64,000 bases of DNA from Trichosphaerium sp. ATCC 40318. Lineage: Eukaryota > Protista > Tubulinea. The position numbers and the translations under genes were made by a program. The notes below the pieces were generated by a model. The model was given only the letters and a program-made list of their open reading frames with translations. It was not told the DNA's origin and searched no databases. The first letter of the stretch is position 1; every line of letters starts with the position of its first letter. The stretch spans positions 292,270 to 356,269 of the forward strand of contig JALMLS010000138.1 in the NCBI GenBank assembly GCA_038496445.1, given 5' to 3'. Below are positions 27,420 to 38,657 of the stretch, one piece after another.

Positions 27420-27668
27420 CAATGCTAAAGTAAATTATTAATAGTGTTGACATAAAATAATCCGGTACCACAGCTAAATGTGATGTTAAGTAATTGTTCT
27501 ATGGCGTTTTCTTCCGAATTGTCTCGTTCATGAAACCGTGACGGCGTTGTATTGACATAACCGAAGAATTCAACAACCGATTACAAGTACACGTGGTTAT
27601 GTGATTTAAAGCGTATGTAGTGTGGTTACACTCCCATGTTTGTTTAAAAATGTTATGCTTTTTATTAG

Positions 27669-28915
27669 TTATAAACGTTGAGTCAAGAATGTAAATATTT
27701 TAATATGTCCGTTAGCCAAAGCAACTAACCATTTTTAGCAACTTTAGTAGAAAAATTGAAAACCAACAAAAAAATTGTTTTTTACCATCGGCTGCTGTCG
27801 CATTGTATTTTTCTATTTTGATATTGACATCAATAATGTCATTATACTTATTCACTAAATACTTTACAATATCAATATGACCACAAATACAAGCCCAATG
27901 AAGCAAAGTGCCTAAAAATATTTAGCAAGTGTTATTCAATGAAAAAGAAGAGCTTTAATTACCCTTTAAGTCTTTTGTTTGTTCTTTCCAAGTATCTAAG
28001 GGCATTCCAAGAGGTATTGGTAGTTCTTTTGGTACATAAAAATCACCTTCTTTTGCAATACCAGCCTAAAAATAACAGTTTTAATGCACGTGCTCAACAA
28101 ATCAAATACAAGCTAAATCTGTTATGTATAAGTTTCTAAAGGCGTACATCATTTGTTGAATCGTATGGTTTATAAGAATACCCGTTATACCACTCAAGTT
28201 GGTTTGGGTCTAGTGTTGTTCTTGATTTCAACTTTGCTAATTCTCCTCTAAGACAGTTTGCAACAACGTGATTTGCAGTGTTCACAAAAGGGTCGCCAAA
28301 GGTTACTGGATTTTTTATGCTCACTATATATTTTTTACATTCTTTCTACAAGGCACGTGAATAAAACAAACCAGCAAGGCACAAAAACGTGAAAAAAACA
28401 AGAAAAACAGTTCAGAAAAAACAAATATTTTCGGTTTACGGACTTCGTTTGTCACAAAAAAACAGTAGTCTGACTGCGAGGAAAAAAGAATTAGTGCAGA
28501 ACCTGTCGACTAAGGTGTGATGCACGTGATAGCAATTGATTAAAATACAACCAAAATTTGTTCAGAACTTACGCTTGAGTGTAATACTATGTCATAGAAT
28601 GCTTGTAGTGCTTTTTTTCCTTTTGGAACTGAGAAAACTCTTTCTCCGTACAACTTCTTCCAAATTGAAATCCATACCTTTAAAACGCGTTAAATATGTC
28701 TATTTTAACGATTTATGTACCGAATCTTCGCTAGCACAACCATTGAACAGTTTACAAACTGTAAAACAGTTAATGATATCTTGGAGGCTTCCTAGCGCTT
28801 TTAGTACTAGTACTAGCGTCTATCAAGTATATTAGCGCTTTGTTCAGCTTGACGAGACTAAAATGAATCACAATACCTCCACTGGTAAGTCTAACACGTT
28901 TCCACAGCAGCTCAT
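27669..28915 (-). CDS. F-box + ankyrin-repeat protein (5' exon structure uncertain)
   Basis: MSCCGNVLDLPVE..SLQDIINCFTVCKLF..DSVWISIW (F-box); TLLHWACICGHIDIVKYLV and TAADVALANGHIKIFTFL (ankyrin). Confidence 0.65.
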
Positions 28916-29059
28916 TGAGTATAAGGTATTTCCGTTATGGTTGCAATTCAGAACTACCTCATTTCAAACGTTTTTGTTTGCGAGAAAAAACGTCGTGAGT
29001 TTAGTCGCGCTCGTTCGGCTGCACTACCGTAAATACAGCTTGTTTGCTTATTCTTCACT

Positions 29060-32000
29060 ATGCAAGTACTTAGTAGAGCGCATCGTAGCCTTGCTAGTAC
29101 TCGGTCAGCGTGGTTGACACCCTTGACCCAAACTACGCTTCCAATAAGGCGATACGCTGCTAAAGATGAGGAAGAAGAGAAAAAACCGCTTCCTGTTACA
29201 AAACCGAAAGGATACTGGAATAAGCCTCCAAATCATCTTATATTTATGAAAGAAGTACGACACGGTGTTTAATTAAGCTAGAAAGTTTTTTTGAACAACA
29301 AAACGCCAAAATCGCGCCTATTGTCTTTTTCGCTTTTAAAACGGTTTTGTAGGCAGAAGAGGCGATTGGTATTACTTCTAAGGAGCAGTGGTACAGTGTA
29401 CGAACAAAGCAGATAACAGATCTTGGAGGGAAAGGATTACTATTGTACGTGCAAGCAGCTATAAAGGATATAGCAGCAAGAAAAACGCCTCTCCAACAAC
29501 TACAAAAGAAAACCTGTCAACTTCGTATTCTCAGCTAAAAGCGCGTGGAAACAGCGATTTACAGCGACTGCGCGGATGAAAATGCTTTCTTGAGTTGCCT
29601 TTTTTTTTTGATATTTCTCATTTGGTTTTAACGCCACAGCATCCGTTTAACGCCTGTCTATATAGTAAATACGGAAACTCACTTCAGAGGACTGTAACTG
29701 AGATTTTCCCTGACTACAAATGGCTACCATGGAAATTCCGTAAGTAAACAAAAGCAACGAGAGAAGCTTTTTAGAAAATCTTTTTTTTCTCCTTCTCAAC
29801 TCTCTTAATGGCCTCCACTAAGTTAATTAATTGTGTAGGTGCTGTACCACGTGGTTTTTGGGATAAAGATGATAATAAAGCGTTCTTTGTTAGAGAGGTA
29901 CGAGATCTGTTTAGTTGGCTTAAAGAAAAGATTAGAAAAAAAACTTCGTTTGATGTTTTGGTTATTTTCTCGTTTCTTTTGTTTATTTTTCGTTATCTAC
30001 CTGCATTATACTGTTTTCGTATGTGCCATGGGATGTAATATTTATATGGTGCATCAATTGGAGATTGCTAAATTAGTTGTAGGCGTCTGTTGAGTTGGAT
30101 TGTTATACTTTTGATGATTGGTTTGGTGTCACATCAGATAAGCTTCAAAAAATTGGTGGAGGTCCTCTAGTAAAGTATGTTAACATACGACAGTAATTTT
30201 ATATGTTGTGTTCGGAACGAACAATTTGAATGCGGACTATCAATTCCTTTGACAAAAAATACGCGTTTTTTTTTTGGATTTACTCGATTTAAAAGCACTC
30301 ATCTTACTCTAAAATAGAATGTTTGGTGATAATACATTAAAGTTGCTTCAACATGTATACCCAGAGCATAATTGGATTGCACAAACATACAGTATGTTAG
30401 ATAACATCCTTTATTGGTTAAAATTCTTTCAGTGAAGATTTTCGCTTGTATAGTTGTTGTATTATTTTTATATGATAAACCAGTTGCTAATATAAATAAG
30501 GAAACGCTTCGGACGAATTTTGGGCACAAGAAGTAAATCAGAGAGCATACATGAAAGAGGTAATGTAGCTTTTTTTTTTCTTTGATGAAAAAAATTAATT
30601 GTTGCTGTTTGTTGGTCTAAATCACTAACTGGGCATAGTTGGAAGATCAACTCCAAATTAAAGATATCAAAGAGTGGTATAAATTTACTGTTGAAGATAT
30701 AGTTAAGCTAGAGGGTGAAGGATTCATCAAGTGAGCACCTTTTTTATTTCAACTTTTTTTAAAATTAAGACATTCGTTTGTTTAAGTGCGTCATGTTGAC
30801 TTGTAATTATTTTAGGCAACACAATATGAGCTTACCAACGATGCTTAAAGCAATATACCCTTCTTTCAACTGGATACCTTGGAAATTTGGTACGTATAAG
30901 TGCTTTGTGCTGAATTGGAACATCCCTATTTTTTTTTTTGTTTTTTCTTCTTTACTGCCATTAACTATCACAAAATATTATCTTAGCTAAAGATTTTTAT
31001 AGATAGCGTACCAGCTGAATTTTGGGAAGATAAAGACAATCAAATCCTATTTATGGAAGAGGTACTTGTTAAACGAAAAGCGCCAGTTTATTGATTAGCT
31101 TTTTTCTCAAATGTTTTAGATGGCTAATAAGCTTAAAATTGATGAGCCATCACAATGGTATGAATCACGTGAAGATTTTATTGTTAAGTCAGGTGGTAAA
31201 CAATTACTTGCGTACGTCAACATCAGCACGGTGAAGCTGTTGAACCAAATATTTGTACAAGCGAGATTGTTTTTTTACAGTTTTATACATGAGTTTGTTG
31301 TGCAACAACTTTACGTTTTTTGGCGTGTATTTTCTGATAGAGTTAAAGGCATTACGATAATGATTATCAAAAGTTGTTGATTGGAGTTTTTCCAGATTAC
31401 TCATGGCATGTTTGGAAGTTTGGTGCGAATATCCACGTTTTTATTTTGGTTCATTGAAACTTTCTAAAAATGTTTTGTTTGTTGTTGAAGGACTGAGAGC
31501 TTTTGTACTTATAGTTTTTCTAAAGGTCGTATGGAGAACAAGTTTTGGGAAGATGAAGGAAACCAAGAAGCATTTTTTGATCAACTTGAGGATGATCTTA
31601 ATATACAAAGTAAAGAGGACTGGTATCGTGTTACATTCTTTGATGTTAGTCTTTTTGGTGGTGCTGGATTGCTTCAACAGTACGATACACCTTTTTAGAA
31701 CATTGCTAATACCCTCTGTTTTTCAGTGTATTTAAGGGATCTGTACCTGATATGGTTAAGAAATGGCGTCCAAACTATAAATGGATTGACTGGAAGTTCG
31801 GTAATTAATCTTCTTTTTTTTTTTGGGGAAAAGCGTTGATTGCCTTTGTTGAAGACTGTTACTCGTATTTAATCAATTGAGAAGTAACTAATAAATTATA
31901 GCAAATGTTGATCCTGCTATTTACGAAAGCGAAGAAATTCGCAAAGCTGTAATGAAAGAGGTATGCATTTGCGGAATACATAAGTGCTTTCTCTAACGAA

Positions 32001-35000
32001 TTGTAAAAGGTCAATATCAAGCTTGGTATTGAAGAAGATGAGCTCCATGATTGGTATGATTTTACTGACCAAGATATGCGCGAAAATGGTGGTGAAGGAT
32101 TATTGATGTACGTTTGATGTGTTCATTCCGAATTGGATCTAAACTTTTACATCAACAATGGTATTTTTTTTTGTATTAACATTTTGTTATCAAGGTACTA
32201 CGATAATTCTCTTCTCAAGGTTTTAGAGAGCCTTTACCCTGATACAAAATGGGATGCATTACAAGTCAGTACGTATAAAATAACATTAATATCAAGGAGA
32301 TACCGGATAAAAAGTCCACATTGACTTCAGGTTTTATTTTTACTGAAGTTTTTTTTTTAAGTTAGTTTGTTTTGCTAATACTAACTCTGTACTTTAGCTA
32401 CGATGCCTGAAGCTCATTGGCAAGAAAAAGATAATGTTAAACCATTATTCCAAGATGCCGAATTTAAACTTGGTGTTAAAGAACCAGAGGACTGGTATCG
32501 CATGTCTAGACTTCATATGGAATGGCTTGGACTTAATCAAGTTGTACAATTTTGGCCACTTATCTTAAAAGAAGCTTTCCCTGATCATGGTTGGGATTGG
32601 AAATTGTTTACAGAATCAGAAGGAAAGGGTTACCAAAAGTAAGAGTTTCATACACTTGAAGAAAATTGAGCACTCAGCTTTCGACGTTTTTTTTCTCAAA
32701 ACGATAGAAATTTTCGAACAGAAAAACTGCTTCCAGTGAACAGTTATTAACTTTTCTTTTGCTTAGATGGCTTCATGAAATAATCAAGACAATATACCCT
32801 GATAAAAAAATTGTATGTAACCATGATACTGGATTCACATACGATAGAAATGATGAACCTATTAAAGTTCAATATTTCATTCCTGAACTGAGGATGGCTA
32901 TTGAGTTTCTAACAAGACAAGATTATATGCATATGCCAAAAACTCTATCTGGATCATTGATTTACCAATCTTATGATATTGAAAGACAAGAAAAACTTGT
33001 AAAAGATGGTATGCAATGACATCATTTTGACATTTTGTCATTTGACACTTTTTTCTTGTATTTTTCTTATTTTATTCAAGGTTACTTGCTTGTCCCAATT
33101 CCGTACTGGTGGAATGGTACAGCTGATAATGTCAAAGCTATAATCAAACACATGGCTGATATTGCTTCTGGAAAGCTTGACCATGATAGCTTCTACATTG
33201 TACGACTTTTTTTGTTTTCTTCACGCCAAACTATCTGCAGCAGGCGCTTTGATTTCTTGTGTACTCTAAAGATGTTTAATGTTATGATAGGAAGTAGAAA
33301 CAGATAAAAAGATGCCTCCAAATGCTGCTACGCCAGCAGATAAACCAGCTGAAGGAGAAGATAAGAAAGAAGGTGAAGAAGGTGAAAAAGAAGTAAAAGA
33401 AGGTGAAGAAAAGGAGAGTGAAGGTGACAAACCTGCAGCAGAGGATAAACCTACTACTGAAGGTGATAAACCAGCTACAGAAACTGAAGGAGATAAAAAG
33501 GAAGTGAAAGAAGGTGAAGAAAAGGAGGAAGAGGTTGATATTGACGCAGGCACGTCATTGCACTTTGTCCAAAAAAAAAAAGCTTTCATTCTTCCTTTAG
33601 CCTCATTGACTAACACGTATTTAATAGATGACTTTGAAGAGCCAAAGAGACCACCACAACCGCCACCAGGTTTATATCATGAGAATGAATTCAAATTACC
33701 ACCTAGACCCAAATTCGAACCTTATTACAAGTACATAAACCACTCATTTTTATTTTTTCTTCTAACTGTTTATTGAAGACATGATGTTGGTGTTACTGTA
33801 CCTGAAGACTTTCCTAAAGTATGGGATCTTCCAAAAGATATGAGACTCTCCCAAGAAGGTACGTATTCAATCTAGAAATTCTTTTATTCGTGAGTTATTG
33901 CTTCTTCTAAGCTAACAAAAAACTTTTAGTTAACGAAAAGATCAACCCTTCCACTTATAAATTCCAACGTGATTTCACTGGCTGGTAAGTCTCTACTACA
34001 TATTAGCGTAAGCGGTATTTATTTGCTACAACCGACCTACCCATTTGTGGGACCGCTTGCTTCTTTTTTATGAGTACTGATGAAAGAACTCATCAGTTTT
34101 ACACTTTAGGTGGATTTCAGAAAAGTTTGATGGTATTAGAGGATACTGGAATGGTGAGAGTTATTCTCAAAGAGTGGAAAAGTAATTCCAGTACCAAAAC
34201 ATGAGAAAGCAAAGTTCCCTAAAGGATTTCCTTTTGATGGAGAATTATGGTACGAACTCAAATTTTTTTTTTGAAAATATCAGATTCAGAAACAAAGCAT
34301 GTGCTTTGTTCACGAGCATTATTTTGCCTTTTATTCTTTACTTCAAGTCTATGCATGGAAACACCAGCAACTGTATTTTTAACTACAATACGCTATCAGC
34401 TTATTGAGCATCTGGAAAATCAATCAATTTTATCTAATTTTCCCTTTTGGTTTATTATTGTTTTGGTTCTTGAACTACTCGTATGGTGTATTAAAAATGC
34501 TTATTAGGCTTGGACACAACACAAAAGATAAGCTTTGGAGTCAATTGTACAGGTCTCAGCAATGGGATAATATCATATACGAAGTGTTTGATACACCACA
34601 ACAAAACATTCCATTCGAAGGTATGTTCTGGCTTTTTGCTTTTTTTCATTGATAAACACTCCTTCAGTTGGGTGTCTTTATAAAATTTGAGATATTACAT
34701 CCTCTGAATAGTGATATTTATGTATACTTTTCTATTCATTTCGATTTTAATCTATTTTGATGTCTGTGAGGGCTTGATTTGTTCTTTTCTCATTTTTTCT
34801 TTAGAGCGTTACAGACTTCTTCGTGAAAAAATTAAGGAACTTAATGTCTCATGGTTGATGGCATGTGAGCATTACCTTTGCAGAAGTAACGCGCATTTAT
34901 CTCAAGCGCTATCAGATGTACTTGCACTAGGTGGTACGTGTTAAGCCTAACAAAAGAAATAATGAATCGTCTGACTTTTTTCTTTTTTTAGGTGAAGGTT

Positions 35001-35887
35001 TAGTTATTCGTGAACCTGGCTCATTGTACACTCCTGGAAGACAACCTTGTCTACTTAAGATTAAGGTATTCATTTAAACAAAGTGTTTTGGGTGTAGCTC
35101 TTTTTAACACGTGTTCATAGCCTTACTTTGACATGGAAGTGCGTATGATTAGACCTCATGACAACGCCAACTTTTTGCTTTGTCAAATGTACGTTTCTTT
35201 TCTTTACAATTTAGCTGTACCTTTGCACCTATTATCATTATGGCTGTACTGTCATATGTTTTTTAAAGATCACAACAATGCTTTGCTTCCATATAAAGAA
35301 AGCAAAGTATTGTTGCGATCTTCAAAAAAGTCATAAAATAGAAGCTTTTTTTTTACTCTTCTTTTAAATGTACTCCTATTGCCGTATTAATAATTGTTTC
35401 AGTCCAAAAGGTGATAATATTTGGGTACGTTGTTCTAAGCATGATCACGAACATCCACCAGCGCCTGGTATGGTATTGACAGTCAAACACGAGGTATGTC
35501 CACTTTTTTTTTGAAATAAACAAAACTTGTTAAAAAACAAACAACTCAGAAGCTTGTTGCTGTTTAACAGGTGTAAAAACAAATATTTCGTTGTGATTCT
35601 TTTCTCTTTATCATTAAGCGTGGTACCAGTATGTCTTTATTAATTTACACTTCCAGGGTGTCAACCAAAACGGAAAACCAAAGTATCCTTTCTATTATCA
35701 AAGAAGATTTGATATGACATGGCAAGATGTACTCCGTGATGCTCAAGTTCAGAAGGAGATTGAAGATGAAGAAGAAGAGAAATCAACAACAAACCAAGAA
35801 GGATCAGCAAGTGAGGAAGGAGAATATGCAGAGAAGGATTTTGAGAAAAAGGAAGATGACAAGAAAGATGAAGAACCAAAGGTCTAA
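29060..35887 (+). CDS. Putative mitochondrial multidomain protein: 7 Trp-rich ~75-aa repeats + degenerate PD-(D/E)xK/RAP-like domain + acidic linker + ATP-dependent DNA ligase (NTase+OB); ~31 exons; one apparent 1-nt frameshift at ~34160
   Basis: Arg/Ser-rich acid-free N-terminus (MQVLSRAHRSLASTRSAW..IRRYAA); repeats VPRGFW..N..F..E..L.I...WY..GG..LL..Y..S..L..IYP...W.PWKF; FIPELRMAIEF..GYLLVPIPYWW; ligase motifs I SEKFDGIR, III FDGELW, IIIa VFDTP, IV GEGLVIR, V LLKIK, VI KPKYPFYYQRRFD. Confidence 0.88.
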
Positions 35888-36355
35888 AAAAAAACCTTCC
35901 AAAAAAAACACAAGTGTTCGTAAATGTACAATAAAACCACTCATGTGCCAACTTGAAAATACTGCTTTGAGACATGAAAGGCTGGTTATTGTCAGTGCTA
36001 TTAATGGTTAGTAGTCAAAGTCACAATACATGCTAAGTCACGTGCAGCCCAACGAATAACATATTTTGGTGGATTACATAGTCGCAGATCGTTGGTACTG
36101 GTCTACTAGCTTAATAGTACCAGTTAACGTCATATCGTCCTTGAAAGAACTAGCACTGTTTGATATTAGATCCATTGGTTTAGTTGTTTAAAATTACTGT
36201 GAAGATTAGTTGGCCTCTGGACGGCTTAAGATATAATTAAGCGAGAACCATTTTCCTGTGTTTTATTAGATTAGCAGATTATGGTGACTTAGGCATTACA
36301 TCATCTTTAACTGTACTCTCCTTATCCTTTACAATTAATGTAATCACACATCCCT

Positions 36356-37063
36356 TTAATTGGCTAGATGCAAACCAACACAAGCACTCTCCAATAGTTT
36401 ACCAAACTTGCCATATATTTCTAGCTTCTCCAATTTGCCATTGACATACCATCGTTTGTATTCTCCGAAAAGTTCCCCTTTGAAATAATTACACTGCTCT
36501 TCCAATTGGCCATTGTAACTATACCATTTCTTGTATTCTCCTTCTTTTGAACCATCAATATAATTGCAGTGCTCCTTCAGTTGGCCATTGTAATGCCATT
36601 GCTTGTATTCTCCATCTAGTTTACCATTGCTGTAATAACACAACTCCAATAATCGCCCAATGTTACACCAAAACTTAGATTCTCCATCTAATTTACCATT
36701 GATGTAATAACACTTCCATCTTAATTGCCCATTGTCATGCCATTTATTGCATTCTCCATGTTGTAAACCGTGTTTCCAGTATTGTTGCTCTACAAGCTTG
36801 CTATTGCTTCTTTTAAGCCATTTTCCATGCTTGTTCATCTCACCATCAAACCTTGTCGTAGTTGCTGCTTGTTTCGAAATAAGCGGCCAAACTAAATACA
36901 CAAAAGAGTCCAAATCAATAATATCAAGCTGAATCTCAAATGGAAGGTTTAATAGACGGCAATCATCTGATTGCGTATTAAATCTCTATTAATTCGTTGT
37001 CAGGCAACTCTGTCTTTTGATGACAAAGGACTGTGGTACCTTGAGCTTCGGATTAGTGAGCAT
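36356..37063 (-). CDS. F-box-like + MORN-variant (YwqK-type) repeat protein
   Basis: LLNLPFEIQLDII upstream and in frame with ORF 36356-36913; repeats GEYKxWxxNGQLxxxCxYxxGKLD; probable short first exon MLTNPKLK. Confidence 0.75.
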
Positions 37064-37167
37064 TTTGAGGCAGATTACAACTATCCAGATCGGAAATGTC
37101 ACGTGACTTGTTTAGTACGTCAACCTCGGTCATATTCGGACGTATTTTTGTTACGGTTGAACTCAAG

Positions 37168-37470
37168 ATGGGTAACTCACTGTCGGACTCAGTAGCAAAA
37201 CAAAATGCCATTCTGGCAACTACGAACTTTGGACTGTCAATATTGTGGCTTGAAGTAGCGGCACCTATTATTTTCGCGTTTATGAAGGAGAAAAACTGGT
37301 TTGTAAAGCGATTAATAATGTGGCTACCTCTTGGTAAACAAATCTTCATCACTGAACTTCTAAACTTCATTTTAGGCATCATTACGCTTGGTATTGGCCA
37401 GTTCTCCGCTATTCAATATATCAGTCGTAAATCTGGGCCTACTGTTTATGTAAACGTGGAGCCAATGTAA
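37168..37470 (+). CDS. Small membrane protein, possible N-myristoylation (MGNSLS)
   Basis: 100-aa ORF with two hydrophobic segments. Confidence 0.5.
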   Translation: MGNSLSDSVAKQNAILATTNFGLSILWLEVAAPIIFAFMKEKNWFVKRLIMWLPLGKQIFITELLNFILGIITLGIGQFSAIQYISRKSGPTVYVNVEPM

Positions 37471-37779
37471 TCCACGCTTATAAAGCTCTCCACCTTTATA
37501 TCTCTATGTTTTTCTACACGAAGTGATAGGTTTATAAAAATTTTACGTGACGGTTGGCACGTGATTTTTTCTTGTTAAACAACAACCTGTTGAAGAAATA
37601 CACATAGCTTTACATTTTTATTTGGCGCTTTACGTAGAAACTTGTTTACTGACATAGCTTCTTTTGTTGTTTGACAAACAAAAAAAAGTTCGTTTGTTAT
37701 TTTTAATGTACATTGCCTTGGTATCTTTGTTACTAGGTGAACTTAAAACGGAGCACCAAATAGTAGCATTTACGATACG

Positions 37780-38355
37780 CTAAAAAATACCCCATCTGGG
37801 TACTGTATCCATGTACTTTTTGTAATCTTCTCCGAACATTTTTAACAACAGAATTTCTTCCTTGGGAATAACATGAAAATGCAAATAAGACATCATTAAA
37901 ATACAAGCCACAACGCTCCATGCAGTGTTAAATATCACACCTATACCAAGTATAGGCAATGGATCAACCAAGTACATCGGATTACGACAAGCAGCATAAA
38001 AACCTAAATATGTCTTAACCACGTGAAGACAAGACAGAAAAACAGCGAATTTGATTGTTTTGTTTGGAAGCTTTTTTTTGTCAAAGTTTTTTTCAAACAA
38101 ATACGTACCAGATGTCATGAGCTTCGTTGTTTTCTCCTCATGGTTGAACGACGTGCTATTACGTGAGAATATCTTCATAAATGTCATTTTCCATGCTATA
38201 AACCCTGCGAATAGTGGAAACGCAATAGCCACGCGTATAAGTACGCCAAGAGGTGGTAACGCATAAATTGGAATAAAAAAATGTGTAACTAGCGCCACAA
38301 GAGTGAACAATAGCAATGCACTCTTCGGTGGCATAATTATAGATTCTGTGGACAT
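37780..38355 (-). CDS. Isoprenylcysteine carboxyl methyltransferase / PEMT (STE14-like) family membrane protein
   Basis: KLMTSG/FYAACRNPMY..IPKEEILLLKMFGEDYKKYMDTVPRW; one in-frame intron at ~38005-38108. Confidence 0.88.
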   Translation of the reverse strand: MSTESIIMPPKSALLLFTLVALVTHFFIPIYALPPLGVLIRVAIAFPLFAGFIAWKMTFMKIFSRNSTSFNHEEKTTKLMTSGTYLFEKNFDKKKLPNKTIKFAVFLSCLHVVKTYLGFYAACRNPMYLVDPLPILGIGVIFNTAWSVVACILMMSYLHFHVIPKEEILLLKMFGEDYKKYMDTVPRWGIF

Positions 38356-38657
38356 CTTGGGAAGAGAAACACCGAGTTTTATCTGATTGTGTACCTACCG
38401 CGTTTTATAGAGTGACCAATACGTATAAAGAAAAGACAGACAGGTATCACCAACCGTTTACTAACGCCCTATTTCACCCGGAATGTCAAATATAGTCAAC
38501 ACTTTTTAGTAAACGGTCCCTTATCTTGTTCTGAGCTTATCAAAATAAAAATCTGGTTCCGATTCTAGTGGTTTGCACAGCCATATCTTGCATTTTTTAT
38601 AGATAACTCCCGAACAACAACAGACTAAATCACACGTGATCTCTCTACAGTAGTTCG

